A DNA stretch of 64,000 nucleotides from Vulcanimicrobiota bacterium (GTDB lineage: Bacteria; Vulcanimicrobiota; Xenobia; Xenobiales; JADMJV01), in NCBI GenBank assembly GCA_050250895.1, contig JBFWNU010000007.1:352001-416000 (forward strand), given 5' to 3'. Below are positions 37,384 through 48,277 of this stretch, piece by piece. The stretch's first letter is position 1, and every line of letters begins with the position of its first letter. A program made the position numbers and the translations under genes. A model generated the notes under the pieces. The model ran no database searches. It was not told the origin of the DNA and saw only the letters and a program-made list of their open reading frames with translations.

Positions 37384-38304
37384 GTGAGAAAAAGGATGAG
37401 TGGGCTAGCCGTGGGCTGCACCTTGACTCTCCTTTTTTTACTTGCAGGAGCAGTCAGCGCCGAAGACTCGCGGGTGGTTGACCTGCTCTGGTCCCCGCGG
37501 GGCGACCGAGTGGCCGCCATCGTGGCCTCCCCCGGCTATCAGCTGGCGGTGGTCGGTCGCGATGGCAAGCCGTTCTATCAGAGTTTCTCGGCTCGCAATC
37601 TCCGGCTCTTCGGCTGGACGCCTGACGGCCAGGGAGTCGTGCTCGACCGAGGGCGGGACGGCCTGCTGGTGGTCTTTCCCGACGCGGGCCGCAGTCAACC
37701 TATCCCGCTCGAGGCCGGCAGCGTCCCCCTGGCCTGCGACGGAACCACGGTCTACTATCTCAGCCGCGGCCGCAGTCACTTGATGGCTCAGACGGGCAAC
37801 GAGCAACGGGTGGTCGCCGTGTTACCCAGCGAGACCCGCCCGGCCGCCAGCCTCTCTCCCGACGGCAAACACCTGGCCTTGCGACGCTCGGTGCGCACGG
37901 CCGCCGGCTACGACACGGAAGTTTGGGTGCTCAGCGAAGGGGTCTATCGCCGCCTGGCTCGCGTGCCCGGCTCGTTCGTCCACCTGTGCTGGCATCCCAC
38001 CAAGCCTGGCCTATTGATGAACGTCCCCATCGAAAGCCGCCACTGGGATGCGTACGTCGCCTGGCTCAGCTCGCCAGAACCTCCCCAGCTTCACCCCGGC
38101 TTGCCTTCGCCGGCCCAATGGGATCGCGAAGGGCGAGCCTATTACGCCTCCGGGGCCGGTCTGTTCGAACTCGCCTCGGGTCGAGCCGTGGTCCAGTGGG
38201 GGGAAAGCCCGTCGGTTTGGGCCGTTTCTCCCGACGGTACCAGCGTGGTGACCTCGGTTTCCGCCGGCCGTTTGCCGGTGACCTTGAGCGCGCTGGCACG
38301 CTGA
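37384..38304 (+). CDS. Secreted TolB/WD40-like beta-propeller protein
   Basis: Signal peptide; repeated WSP.G / WTPDG / SPDG blades; TATACT and GGAG upstream. Confidence 0.75.
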   Translation: MRKRMSGLAVGCTLTLLFLLAGAVSAEDSRVVDLLWSPRGDRVAAIVASPGYQLAVVGRDGKPFYQSFSARNLRLFGWTPDGQGVVLDRGRDGLLVVFPDAGRSQPIPLEAGSVPLACDGTTVYYLSRGRSHLMAQTGNEQRVVAVLPSETRPAASLSPDGKHLALRRSVRTAAGYDTEVWVLSEGVYRRLARVPGSFVHLCWHPTKPGLLMNVPIESRHWDAYVAWLSSPEPPQLHPGLPSPAQWDREGRAYYASGAGLFELASGRAVVQWGESPSVWAVSPDGTSVVTSVSAGRLPVTLSALAR

Positions 38305-38412
38305 CGGTCGCAGGAACTGTAAGCCTCTAAGGGGAAGCTCGGCGCCATCCGGCGGCCCGGCTGCGCATCACCTGGGTTGAAGGGATTCCGCTCCAAGCGC
38401 TGAGAGGAGACA

Positions 38413-40419
38413 GTGGTGGCAACCAACCTGCAAAGTATCGAAACCCAATGCATCAACGTGATTCGAGGCCTGGCCATGGACGGTCCTCAGAAGGCCGACA
38501 GCGGCCATCCCGGCACGGCCATGGCCTGCGCTCCCATCGGTTGGAGCCTTTATGGCAAGCTGATGCGGCACAATCCGGCCAACCCCGACTGGGTCAACCG
38601 TGACCGCTTCGTCCTCTCCTGCGGTCACGCGTGCATCTTGCAGTATAGCCTGCTCCATCTCACCGGTTACGCGCTGACTCGCGATGACCTGATCCACTTC
38701 CGCCAATGGGAGAGCAAGACTCCCGGACATCCCGAGAACTTCCTCACTCCCGGCGTCGAGACCACCACCGGGCCGTTGGGTCAAGGCTTTGCTCACGCGG
38801 TGGGCATGGCGCTAGCCGAACGCTTTCTGGCCAGTCACTTCAATCGTCCCGACCATCAGGTGGTGGACCACTACACCTACGTGCTCGCTTCCGATGGCGA
38901 CCTGATGGAGGGTGTTAGCGCCGAGGCCTCGTCGATCGCGGGTCACCTTCAGCTGGGCAAACTGGTGGTGCTGTGGGATGACAACCATATCACCATCGAG
39001 GGGGACACCGAGCTGGCCTTCAGCGAGAACGTCGACGACCGCTACCGAGCCTACGGATGGCACGTCCAGCGGGTGGACGACGTCAACGACCTCGAGGCTT
39101 TGAACAAAGCTCTCGAGAACGCCAAATCCGACCCGCGCCCCTCTTTCATCGCCGTGCGAACCCACATCGCCTATCCGGCCCCCACGGCCCAGGATACAGC
39201 CGAGGCCCACGGTTCGCCCCTGGGCGACGAAGAGATCGCCGCCACCAAGAAGTTGCTGGGACTGCCTCCCGATCAGACTTTCTATATCCCCGACGAGGTC
39301 AGCAAATACGCCTCGCGGGTCGAGCAAGGTCAACAGTGGGAAAAAGAGTGGAGGGCTGCTTTCGAGGCCTATCGCTCAGCCCATCCCGAGCTGGCCGCCC
39401 AGTTCGAACAATGGATGGAAGGACGCCTGCCCGAGGGGTGGGACGCTGACCTGCCGACCTTCAAAGCCGGCGAATCGGTGGCCACCCGCAACTCGTCGGG
39501 CAAGGTGATCAACGCCCTGGCGCCCAAGCTGGGCAATCTGATCGGTGGTTCGGCCGACCTGGCCGGTTCGACCAAGACCCTGATGAGTTGCACCCAATCG
39601 CAGAGCGCCGCCAAACCGGCCGGTCGCAACATGCATTTCGGCATCCGCGAGCATGCCATGGCTGCCATGGTGAACGGAATGTCTCTCCATGGCGGGCTCA
39701 TCCCGTATGGAGCGACCTTTTTCGTCTTCACCGACTACATGCGTCCGTCGCTGCGTCTGGCCGCGCTCATGGGTGTGCCGGCCATTCACGTGCTGACCCA
39801 TGACAGCATCGGACTGGGTGAGGATGGACCGACCCATCAGCCAATCGAACATCTGGCCGCCATGCGGGCCATTCCCAATTTCACCATCATTCGCCCGGCC
39901 GACGCCAACGAGGTTCGCGAGGCCTGGAGGGTTGCTATCACCAAGAAAGACGGCCCGGTAGGGCTGGTGCTGACTCGTCAAAACGTCCCCACTTTTGACC
40001 GTTCGGTCTGTGGGGCCGCCGAGGGTTTGGCACAAGGCGCCTACGTGCTGGCCGAAGCCGAAGGGGGAGAGCCCAGGGTGGTGCTGATCGGCACGGGTTC
40101 TGAGGTCTCGGTGTGCATGGATGCCCGGGAGTTGCTCCAGCAAGACGGCATCCCCACGCGGGTCGTCAGCATGCCTTCGTGGGAACTGTTCGAGGCTCAA
40201 GAACAGCGTTACCGCGACAGTGTGCTTCCCCCCTCGGTCACGGCCCGGGTGGCCGTCGAGGCCGGTTGCAGCTTTGGCTGGCAGCGCTATGTCGGCAGCC
40301 GGGGCGCTTGCGTCTGCATCGACCACTTCGGGGCCTCGGCGCCCTGGCAAACCAATATGGAGAAGTTCGGTTTCACCAAAGAGAACGTGGCCGCTACGGC
40401 CCGAAAAGTTCTCGAATAA
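38413..40419 (+). CDS. tkt: Transketolase
   Basis: [46 protein letters not shown]. Confidence 0.98.
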   Translation: MVATNLQSIETQCINVIRGLAMDGPQKADSGHPGTAMACAPIGWSLYGKLMRHNPANPDWVNRDRFVLSCGHACILQYSLLHLTGYALTRDDLIHFRQWESKTPGHPENFLTPGVETTTGPLGQGFAHAVGMALAERFLASHFNRPDHQVVDHYTYVLASDGDLMEGVSAEASSIAGHLQLGKLVVLWDDNHITIEGDTELAFSENVDDRYRAYGWHVQRVDDVNDLEALNKALENAKSDPRPSFIAVRTHIAYPAPTAQDTAEAHGSPLGDEEIAATKKLLGLPPDQTFYIPDEVSKYASRVEQGQQWEKEWRAAFEAYRSAHPELAAQFEQWMEGRLPEGWDADLPTFKAGESVATRNSSGKVINALAPKLGNLIGGSADLAGSTKTLMSCTQSQSAAKPAGRNMHFGIREHAMAAMVNGMSLHGGLIPYGATFFVFTDYMRPSLRLAALMGVPAIHVLTHDSIGLGEDGPTHQPIEHLAAMRAIPNFTIIRPADANEVREAWRVAITKKDGPVGLVLTRQNVPTFDRSVCGAAEGLAQGAYVLAEAEGGEPRVVLIGTGSEVSVCMDARELLQQDGIPTRVVSMPSWELFEAQEQRYRDSVLPPSVTARVAVEAGCSFGWQRYVGSRGACVCIDHFGASAPWQTNMEKFGFTKENVAATARKVLE

Positions 40420-40436
40420 ATCTCAGGAGGTCCATC

Positions 40437-41552
40437 ATGGCAAATCCCTTATCTCAACTTCATTCGGCCGGCGTTAGCGTTTGGCTCGACTTTCTCAGTC
40501 GCGACATGCTCACTTCGGGCGAGTTGGTGAAGCGCATCGAGCGTGACTCGTTGCGTGGTCAGACCTCGAATCCGACGATTTTCGAACAGGTCATCTCCGA
40601 GGGGGATGCTTATGACGACGACATTCGCGCCGGTGTCAAAGCCGGCAAGTCAGCCGAGGACATCTGTTGGGAGTTGATGGCCAGTGACGTGCAGGACGCC
40701 TGCGATGTCTTTCGCCCTCTCTACGAAGAATCAGGCGGCGAAGACGGCTATGTCAGCCTGGAACTCAATCCCGAGAAGGCGCACGACACCGCTTACAGCA
40801 TTTCTCAGGCCGAGGAGCTGTGGGGTCGGGTCGATCGTCCCAATCTGATGCTGAAGGTTCCGGGAACCAAAGAAGGATTGCCGGTGATCGAAGAACTGAT
40901 CTGGCAGGGTATGAACGTCAACGTCACGCTGCTGTTTGCGGTCGAGCGCTACGAAGAGGTGATGGACGCCTTCATGAAGGGGCTCGAGCGACGCCTCGAG
41001 GCGGGCAAGTCGGTCAAAGGTATCGCCTCGGTCGCCAGCTTCTTCATTAGCCGGGTCGAAAGCGAAGTCGACAAGCGGCTGTCCAAGCTCGACGGAGGCA
41101 AAGCCCTGCAAGGCCAGACGGCGGTAGCCAACGCTCGCATGGCCTACAAGGCTTTTCAGGAGAGGTTTGCCTCCCCCCGTTGGAAGAAGCTCGAGGCGGC
41201 CGGAGCCTCGCTGCAGCGTCCGCTGTGGGCCAGCACCAGCACCAAGAATCCCGACTACAAAGACACGATGTACGTCGACGAACTGATCGGCCCCCACTGC
41301 GTCAACACGATGCCCGACGCGACCATCGAGGCATTCGCCGATCACGGCACGGTCGAGCGCACCCTGACGGCCGAGACCATAGCCCAGGCAGCCGAGGTGC
41401 TCAAGAAGGTCTCGGCCGCCGGTGTCGATCTTGAGGACGTTACCCTGAACACGCTGGTGGTAGAAGGGGTTCGCAAGTTCGCTGACTCGTACAAGTCGTT
41501 GTTGTCGACTCTCGAAGATTCGATGAAACAGCTCGAACGGGTCGCGTCCTGA
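40437..41552 (+). CDS. tal: Transaldolase
   Basis: SVWLD, TSNPTIF, LKVP, NVNVTLLF, SFFISR, RPLWASTSTK; AGGAGG RBS before ATG 40437. Confidence 0.97.
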   Translation: MANPLSQLHSAGVSVWLDFLSRDMLTSGELVKRIERDSLRGQTSNPTIFEQVISEGDAYDDDIRAGVKAGKSAEDICWELMASDVQDACDVFRPLYEESGGEDGYVSLELNPEKAHDTAYSISQAEELWGRVDRPNLMLKVPGTKEGLPVIEELIWQGMNVNVTLLFAVERYEEVMDAFMKGLERRLEAGKSVKGIASVASFFISRVESEVDKRLSKLDGGKALQGQTAVANARMAYKAFQERFASPRWKKLEAAGASLQRPLWASTSTKNPDYKDTMYVDELIGPHCVNTMPDATIEAFADHGTVERTLTAETIAQAAEVLKKVSAAGVDLEDVTLNTLVVEGVRKFADSYKSLLSTLEDSMKQLERVAS

Positions 41553-41556
41553 CTGA

Positions 41557-43071
41557 ATGAGCACGCAAATGGCAACCAACCCCCTGCGCGAGGGTCTCTC
41601 CCGGGTCAAGACGCCGCAGCCCTGCGTGATGGTGATCTTTGGGGCTTCCGGTGATCTCACCCAGGGCAAACTCGTGCCCGCGTTGTTTGCGCTCAAGCAG
41701 CAAGGCTTGTTGCCGCGGGAGTTTTCGGTGGTCGGAATCTCGCGCCGCCCGCTGTCTCATGAGGAGTTTCGCGAACAGGTCAAGCCCGACGACTGCAAGG
41801 ACGAGGCCGCCTGGAGCGAATTCTCTCAGAGCCTCTTCTACATGTCGGGCGATTACAACCAGGATCAATGCTACGAGGATTTGACCCGGCGTCTGGGGGA
41901 GGTTGACCAGGAGCGTGGCACCGGGGGTAACCGGTTGTTCTATCTCAGCGTGGCGCCGTCGGCCTTTCCGGTGATCGTGTCCAAGCTCGGCCAGCACGGC
42001 ATGGCAGACGACAACGACAACGGCTGGGTGCGGGTCATTCTCGAGAAGCCCTTCGGAACCGACCTCGAGTCAGCTCTTTCTCTCAATCGCGAGGTCCATC
42101 GCACCTTCAACGAGCAGCAGATCTATCGTATCGACCACTATCTGGGCAAAGAGACCGTCCAGAACATTCTGGCCTTTCGCTTCGCCAACGGCATCTTCGA
42201 GCCTATCTGGAATCGCCGCTATATCGACCATATTCAGGTGACGGCGGCCGAGACTGTGGGCGTGGGTCAGCGCGCGGGTTACTACGACAAGTCGGGAGCC
42301 CTGCGGGACATGGTGCAAAACCACTTGATGCAGTTGCTGGCCCTGGTTGCCATGGAGCCTCCCACCAGCTTTGACGCCGACGCCGTGCGCGACGAAAAGG
42401 TCAAAGTGATGCGGGCTATCCGCACCTATGCGCCCGACGAAGTGCCCGACAACGCCATCCGAGGCCAGTACGACGCGGGTTTCATCGACGGCAAGCCGGT
42501 CCAAGGCTACCGCGAGGCCGAGGGTGTGGCCCCTGACTCTCAGAACGAGACCTATGCGGCCGTTCGCTTTCGGCTCGACAATTGGCGTTGGCAGGGAGTC
42601 CCGTTCTATTTGCGCACGGGTAAGTGCCTGGCTCGCAAGGTGACCGAGGTGGCGATCGTCTTTAAACCGGTGCCTCACAGTCTGTTTGGCGCCCTCGACG
42701 AGGGGCTGGCTCCCAACGTGCTCGTCATCAAGATTGGGCCCGAAGAGGGCATCGCTCTTCGCTTTGCCACCAAGTTGCCGGGAATGACCACCCGTATTCG
42801 CTGGGTGAACATGGACTTCGACTACGGCGAGTCCTTTGCGACTCCCTCGCCGACCGCCTACCAGCGCTTGCTTCACGACTGTATGATCGGCGACGCCACC
42901 CTCTACACTCGGGCCGACGGCATCGAAGCTGCCTGGGTGGTCTGCCAACCCATCCTGGACTATTGGGCCGCTGATCCCCAGCCAATCCCTCGCTATGAGG
43001 CTGGCAGTTGGGGTCCGCGCGAGGCCGAGACCTGGATGGAAGACGAAGGCCGCTACTGGAGAAAGTTGTGA
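41557..43071 (+). CDS. zwf: Glucose-6-phosphate dehydrogenase
   Basis: GASGDL, EKPFG, RIDHYLGKE, RDMVQNH, GVPFYLRTGK. Confidence 0.98.
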   Translation: MSTQMATNPLREGLSRVKTPQPCVMVIFGASGDLTQGKLVPALFALKQQGLLPREFSVVGISRRPLSHEEFREQVKPDDCKDEAAWSEFSQSLFYMSGDYNQDQCYEDLTRRLGEVDQERGTGGNRLFYLSVAPSAFPVIVSKLGQHGMADDNDNGWVRVILEKPFGTDLESALSLNREVHRTFNEQQIYRIDHYLGKETVQNILAFRFANGIFEPIWNRRYIDHIQVTAAETVGVGQRAGYYDKSGALRDMVQNHLMQLLALVAMEPPTSFDADAVRDEKVKVMRAIRTYAPDEVPDNAIRGQYDAGFIDGKPVQGYREAEGVAPDSQNETYAAVRFRLDNWRWQGVPFYLRTGKCLARKVTEVAIVFKPVPHSLFGALDEGLAPNVLVIKIGPEEGIALRFATKLPGMTTRIRWVNMDFDYGESFATPSPTAYQRLLHDCMIGDATLYTRADGIEAAWVVCQPILDYWAADPQPIPRYEAGSWGPREAETWMEDEGRYWRKL

Positions 43072-44108
43072 TCGAGCTAGCCAATCTAGCTCGTAAAGTG
43101 GCTGGTGCCGGGGCGATTCGGTTGGATTCGACCGATCTCCGGGCCGCCTTGCATAGTCACTGGGAATCGCTCAAGAAAGAGGCTGAGCCTCAGACTCGGG
43201 TGGCCACCATGAATCTGCTATTGGGAGTGTCGCACCCGGAGGACTGCCTGGGACTGGCCGAACTGCTCGATCCACTTTCTCACTCTCACCCTGGACGAAT
43301 GGTGGTTTTCGTCTTTGATAGCGAGACCCACGAAGCTTCCATCGAGGGCTGGTTCAACTCGACTTGCATGCAGCAACATCCCGAGCGTATCTGCTCTGAG
43401 CGCATCGTCATCTACTGTCCCGGCTCTCCCGCCCGGGTGCCCAGCCTGGTGCTCCCCTTGACCGTGCCGGGCCTGCCCGTCTTTCACTGGTGGCGCGGAG
43501 AACCACCGTTCGGCTCGGACCTGCTCGAGCGATTGGTGGAGGCGAGCGACCGCGTGATCTTTGACTCGAATCGTTTTTCTCTCGCTAGCGGCATGAGCCG
43601 CATGAGTCGACTGATCAACGATCCCTACCACACCGAGCAGGCTTTCTCGGATTTATCCTGGGGAAGGGCCCAGTTGGCTCGGGAAAAGGTGGCCGCCCTA
43701 TTCGACGGTCAGGCCGGTTTGGCCGCTCTGGATACCATCGCCGAGGTGACCATCGCCGGACCCGGGGAACGTCCTGGCCCGTCTGGTTTGCTACTGGCCG
43801 GCTGGCTGGCCAGCCGTCTCGGCTGGAAGGTGGTCAACCCCTTGCGGGCCGAGGGTCGGACCTGGATGGGCGATCTGATCCACCAGGGACGAGGCATCAG
43901 GCTCCGCCTGGCGGGGGGACGAGACAGCGGCTGGCAGGTGGCCTTCGGCCCCGGTCTGGTCACCGAGGCTCCGCCTTTGAAGGGAGCTGAGTTGATGGGT
44001 CGAGAGTTCGACATTCAGGGTCGAGACCGGGTCTTTGAAGAGGCTCTGGAGTCAGCTCTGGTCATTACTGGTGAGAAGGAGGCCCGAACCAATGGCAGCT
44101 CGCGTTGA
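43068..44108 (+). CDS. opcA: G6PDH assembly protein OpcA
   Basis: TMNL, HPGR, ICSE, LPVFHWW, DLSW.R, LLAGWLASRLGW; directly follows zwf. Confidence 0.88.
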   Translation: MIELANLARKVAGAGAIRLDSTDLRAALHSHWESLKKEAEPQTRVATMNLLLGVSHPEDCLGLAELLDPLSHSHPGRMVVFVFDSETHEASIEGWFNSTCMQQHPERICSERIVIYCPGSPARVPSLVLPLTVPGLPVFHWWRGEPPFGSDLLERLVEASDRVIFDSNRFSLASGMSRMSRLINDPYHTEQAFSDLSWGRAQLAREKVAALFDGQAGLAALDTIAEVTIAGPGERPGPSGLLLAGWLASRLGWKVVNPLRAEGRTWMGDLIHQGRGIRLRLAGGRDSGWQVAFGPGLVTEAPPLKGAELMGREFDIQGRDRVFEEALESALVITGEKEARTNGSSR

Positions 44109-44787
44109 GGTTCTTGACGACCTGGAGGCTATCTCGCAGTTCGCCCTGCGGCGCCTGCAGCAAGCGCTGGCGGCAGCCGATGGCGACTTTCACCTGGCTC
44201 TGGCCGGCGGCAGCACCCCCAAGCATCTTTACGGCCTGATGAGCGGCCAGGATTTGCCATGGCACAGGATCCATCTCTGGTGGGGGGATGAGCGCCACGT
44301 GCCCCACGACCACCAGGATAGTAACTTTCGTATGGTCAAAGAGGCGTTGCTCGACAAAATTGGACTCTCATCGGATCAGATCCACCCCTGGCCTTACCAT
44401 GATGACCCGAGCCGCACGGCCGAGGCCTACGAGCAGGAACTACGAGCCCGTTTCGGTGACGAGGCCACGTTCGACCTGACTTTTTTGGGAATGGGCGACG
44501 ACGGCCACACGGCGTCGCTCTTTCCAGGTACCTCGGCGCTGCAGGTCCAGGATCGCCTGGCGGTAGCCAATCGCGTCGAGCAACTCGATACCTGGCGCCT
44601 CACCCTGACCTATCCGGCCCTGGCCCGTTCGAGCGAGGTGCTGTTCCTGGTGGCTGGCGCCGGCAAAGCCGAAGCCCTGGAACAGGTGCTCGAAGAGGGA
44701 CGATTGCCGTCTGCCCAGGTGCGCGCTCGTGAGCAGCTGGTGTTCGCGGTCGATAAAGCGGCGGCCCGGCACCTGGCCGCCAAATAA
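44092..44787 (+). CDS. pgl: 6-phosphogluconolactonase
   Basis: LAGGSTP, GDERHV, SNF, LGMGDDGHTASLFP, RLTLT. Confidence 0.96.
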   Translation: MAARVEVLDDLEAISQFALRRLQQALAAADGDFHLALAGGSTPKHLYGLMSGQDLPWHRIHLWWGDERHVPHDHQDSNFRMVKEALLDKIGLSSDQIHPWPYHDDPSRTAEAYEQELRARFGDEATFDLTFLGMGDDGHTASLFPGTSALQVQDRLAVANRVEQLDTWRLTLTYPALARSSEVLFLVAGAGKAEALEQVLEEGRLPSAQVRAREQLVFAVDKAAARHLAAK

Positions 44788-44810
44788 AAAAGCCCTCCGT
44801 CGGGGAGGGC
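44786..44810 (-). terminator. Intrinsic terminator between the convergent pgl and XRE genes
   Basis: GCCCTCC (44792-44798) pairs with GGAGGGC (44804-44810); A6 at 44786-44791 gives a U-tract on the minus strand. Confidence 0.7.
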
Positions 44811-44829
44811 CTTCAGGGCACGATATCGA

Positions 44830-45261
44830 TCAGGCTTTGGCCGAGCTCTTGCGGGTGCGTCGGACTTTGCCTTTCTGATCTCGGATCGTCTTGACGTAAG
44901 CGTCCAACATTTCCGCTACTTTTTTCTGCTGGCCCGGAGTCAGGTTAAAAAGCTCGCGGATTGCCACCCGGAGTTCTTTCTCCAGCATTTTGTCGGCTTT
45001 GTAGCTCTCGATCTTCTCTAGCAGATCCTTCACAGGGATCTTTTCCGGGGCGTATCCGGCCACCAATAGAGTCCGGTCGACATCGGCCTGAATCGCCTTG
45101 GCGATCTCCAGAACCTTGTCTTTCCGGGGGACATAGCCGTCCCGTTCAATCAAAGTGACGTAACTAGGGTCGATTTTCGCCAATTCGGCTAATTTGCGAC
45201 GGGTAAGTTGGCGAGCTTTTCTTCTATCTCTGACGTAGTTCGCCCAAGCCTGGTTCCTCAT
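44830..45261 (-). CDS. XRE-family helix-turn-helix regulator
   Basis: VRDRRKARQLTRRKLAELAKIDPSYVTLIERD; GGAGG RBS. Confidence 0.9.
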   Translation of the reverse strand: MRNQAWANYVRDRRKARQLTRRKLAELAKIDPSYVTLIERDGYVPRKDKVLEIAKAIQADVDRTLLVAGYAPEKIPVKDLLEKIESYKADKMLEKELRVAIRELFNLTPGQQKKVAEMLDAYVKTIRDQKGKVRRTRKSSAKA

Positions 45262-45644
45262 GCTGACAACGCGCCCTCCTTCGCGGATATGCTCTCAGAT
45301 TATATCAAATAATCGAATGAATTACAATCATTCTTGGAGAAAGATTCATTCCCTGCCAGTCTCTCGAAAACCCTTTCGAGAAAAGGCGTCAAAGCTATAT
45401 TTGAAGCCGATTCAATCTTCAAAAAAATGAATCTTCTTCTGCCTATTTTCCCCTCCGCGAGAGGCCAGGTCAAGCCCCGAAAATGGCTTGCTTCCAGTAC
45501 CCGGCGAGCCGCTGGCTCAGCGCTCGCCGGCTTGAAGGCGCAGAGACGCCGAGGGGCAGGCTCTAGCGGCACTGGCGACAACGTCCCCAGCCGGTAACTG
45601 GCCAAGGCGTGTAACGTTTCCTCCCCGAATCGGTCCCAGCTAGC

Positions 45645-46466
45645 ATGGCACGAATCAAGAACTGCACTCTTTGCCTCACTCTGGTGGCCATACTCTGCGT
45701 GCTGGCCTGGGCTCAGGCACGCTACGAGGTGGCCACCGACCAGGCTGCGGTGATCCAGGTCAGCGGTACCGTCGAGGGACGGCCTGCCGGCCAATCCAGC
45801 TGGAGGCCTCTGGTCGAATCCAGCCTGCTGCGGGCCGGAGATAGAATCCGGACTCGTTCCGGTTCAGGAGCGGCCATTCTGCTGAGTGACCAGACCATCA
45901 TGAAGTTGGCCGAGAACACCGAGTTGCTGTTGGTCGATCTTCGCCTGAGCGAGAATGGCAATTGGATCCGGCGTTTCCAGTTGCAGGTGGGGCGCGTCTG
46001 GTCGGATGTCACGCCGATGGAACGGTCGGATTCCATTTTCGAGGTCAGGGGTCCCGATGCCATGGCCGCTGTCAAAGGGACAGCCTTCGAAGTCGAGGTC
46101 GATGCCGAGGCAACCGAGGTCCGGGTTTGGGAGGGGTCGGTGCTGGCTACCCGGGAGGACGGTCAAGCCTCGGATCTGGTGGGGGCCGACCCCCGCTTTG
46201 CTCACAATCGTTTCCGGGTAGCCCGGGGCGGTGCCGTCAGCCGCTCTCGCTTTTCGTCCAGCCAGGCCGACCCCTGGCAGAAATGGAACCTCGAGAACCG
46301 GAGAGCGCTGCTCAAACTGCGCCAGTCCAAGCATCTCGATTCCGCCCAACTCAAAGCCATTCGGCAGCGGTTCAAGCAGTCGCCGCTACCCGCTCGCCAG
46401 CGCCTGCGACGCGGAGGAGCCGAGCGGCCCGGGCCAAGCCCCCTCAGGCCTCGAACTCGGCGATGA
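45645..46466 (+). CDS. Secreted FecR-domain protein
   Basis: Signal peptide; L..GDRIRT, AAVKGTAF.V, V.VWEGSV motifs. Confidence 0.85.
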   Translation: MARIKNCTLCLTLVAILCVLAWAQARYEVATDQAAVIQVSGTVEGRPAGQSSWRPLVESSLLRAGDRIRTRSGSGAAILLSDQTIMKLAENTELLLVDLRLSENGNWIRRFQLQVGRVWSDVTPMERSDSIFEVRGPDAMAAVKGTAFEVEVDAEATEVRVWEGSVLATREDGQASDLVGADPRFAHNRFRVARGGAVSRSRFSSSQADPWQKWNLENRRALLKLRQSKHLDSAQLKAIRQRFKQSPLPARQRLRRGGAERPGPSPLRPRTRR

Positions 46467-48277
46467 AGCGGTCTGGACTGATCTGGCTTGCGGTAGTCGC
46501 CCTCGGCTGGCTGTTGGCGGGAGCCCGCGCCATCGAGTTTGCCGATCTCCGGTGTTACGATCTGGTGCTTGCCGGGCGACCGCGACAGCCGCTCGATGAG
46601 CGCATTCAACTCGTGGTCGTGGATTCTAACTCGCAAGAACAGTTCGGACGCTGGCCCTTTCCTCGTGAACTGCACGCCGACCTGATCGAGCGCCTCCAGC
46701 AGGCAGGCGCCGCCTTGATTGCCTTTGATGTCTCCTTTGCCCACGCCACGGCTCAGGACGAAGTTCTGGCTGCCGCGATGCGCTCGTCGGGGAGAGTCTG
46801 GCTGGTGCGAACCTACGAGCGGGATGCCCAGGGAAACCTGAAAGAGGACCGGTTGGCCCAGCCTCTGGTCGAAGCGGCAGCCGGAATTGCCAGCCCGCGC
46901 GTGGTGCGTGACGCCGATCACAAGGTGCGTCGGGTCAGCCTGGTCGACGACCCGCCACCTCTGGCCAGGCAGGTGGTAGAGGCTTTTACCGGGCAGACTT
47001 TCGTGCCCGGCGTGCCGGCCCTGGCCACCGAGGCTCACCTGGGCGACGAAGCGATTCCCACCTTCGGACCGCGCAATCAGTTGCTGCTGGATTTTGCCAG
47101 CGATATCACGCCCAACCTGAATTCCTACGCCTGGGTGCTGCAGGCCCCACCCGAAGAACTCCAGAGACGTTTCGCGGGCCGAATCGTGCTGGTGGGATCG
47201 GGGACCGACTTCAACGACTTTCTCACCGTGCCCGTGGCCGTCAAGACCCACCCTGACGGCGGCGGGCTTGAGGGCGAGAGGGGAGGGGTCGCCGGTTTCG
47301 TGGTCCACGCCCTGGCTATCGATACCCTGCTTGACCCGGACCCGGTGCGCTGGCAGCCACTCTGGCTCGACCTGCGGCGCCGCCACGACGTGTGGGCCGG
47401 GGGATTCACGGTGGGCGCCATTCTCTGCGGTTTCTTGGGACTGGGGGACCGCGTCTGGTCCAATCATCGGAGCGGACGGCGGGCCCTGATGGTGGCTTGC
47501 ATTTTTCCGCTGATGACGGCCGGTGCGTTCCTGGTGACGGGAGTCTTTTGGTTTAGCGCCCTGCCTGTCACGATGGTGGCTGTCTATGGGGCTATCTCAG
47601 CTGCTTTTGATAGCCTGCGCGTGCGCGGGTTGCTCAAGAATTTCATGCCGGCCGAGGATATCGAGGCGATGCTGGCCACCCCCGAGCGGCTTCAAGAGGA
47701 ACAGCGCTTACAAGAGGTGACGGTGATGTTCGTGGACCTGCGAGACTTCACGACTTTGAGCGAGAAGGTCGATCCGGCCACCTTGCGGGCGGTGGTGTCA
47801 GATTTTCACGATGTGGTGGGACGGGTTTGTCAGGTCTATGGCGGCTATATTACCGATTTCCAGGGCGATGCTCAGATGATGGTCTTTGGCCTGAGCGAGG
47901 CTTCGGCCGACCACGCTCGCTGCGGCCTCCAGGCCGCGCTGGAACTAAAGCCCCGGCTGGAACAACTCAACGCCCGCCTCGACCCCAGGGTGGCTGCTGC
48001 CCACGGCCGCCTGGGCTGGGGCGCAGGCCTGGCCACCGGCCAGGTTTCGGTGGGCTATCTACGGGGCGGCGGTCATCTCCAGTACACGGTACTGGGCGAC
48101 GCTTGCAACACGGCCGCTCGCCTCCAAGGCGTGGCTCGCGATCTGGACACCCTGGTGGTGGTCAGCTACACCACGGCCAGCAATTGCTCAGGTTTCGACC
48201 TGCGCGAGCAGGGTCAGGTGCCACTCAAGGGCAAAGCTGAGCAGCACAGAATCTATTCGCTGACGCACCCTTCTTGA
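46463..48277 (+). CDS. CHASE2-domain class III adenylate/guanylate cyclase
   Basis: CHASE2 (GRWPFPRELHA, DADHKVRR), three TMs, cyclase motifs VMFVDLRDFT, FQGD, YTVLGDACNTAARL; ATG overlaps the FecR stop. Confidence 0.92.
   Translation: MKRSGLIWLAVVALGWLLAGARAIEFADLRCYDLVLAGRPRQPLDERIQLVVVDSNSQEQFGRWPFPRELHADLIERLQQAGAALIAFDVSFAHATAQDEVLAAAMRSSGRVWLVRTYERDAQGNLKEDRLAQPLVEAAAGIASPRVVRDADHKVRRVSLVDDPPPLARQVVEAFTGQTFVPGVPALATEAHLGDEAIPTFGPRNQLLLDFASDITPNLNSYAWVLQAPPEELQRRFAGRIVLVGSGTDFNDFLTVPVAVKTHPDGGGLEGERGGVAGFVVHALAIDTLLDPDPVRWQPLWLDLRRRHDVWAGGFTVGAILCGFLGLGDRVWSNHRSGRRALMVACIFPLMTAGAFLVTGVFWFSALPVTMVAVYGAISAAFDSLRVRGLLKNFMPAEDIEAMLATPERLQEEQRLQEVTVMFVDLRDFTTLSEKVDPATLRAVVSDFHDVVGRVCQVYGGYITDFQGDAQMMVFGLSEASADHARCGLQAALELKPRLEQLNARLDPRVAAAHGRLGWGAGLATGQVSVGYLRGGGHLQYTVLGDACNTAARLQGVARDLDTLVVVSYTTASNCSGFDLREQGQVPLKGKAEQHRIYSLTHPS

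Noticed and set aside
40113-40436. N-terminal extensions of tal (also the cyclase from 45962, OMT from 6221, opcA from 43008, MNIO from 49984)
   Set aside because: They overlap upstream genes or a hairpin; downstream starts with an RBS or stop/start coupling fit better.
45300-45794. ORFs in the XRE-FecR intergenic region
   Set aside because: Atypical composition, overlap with FecR and no motifs; more plausibly regulatory DNA.
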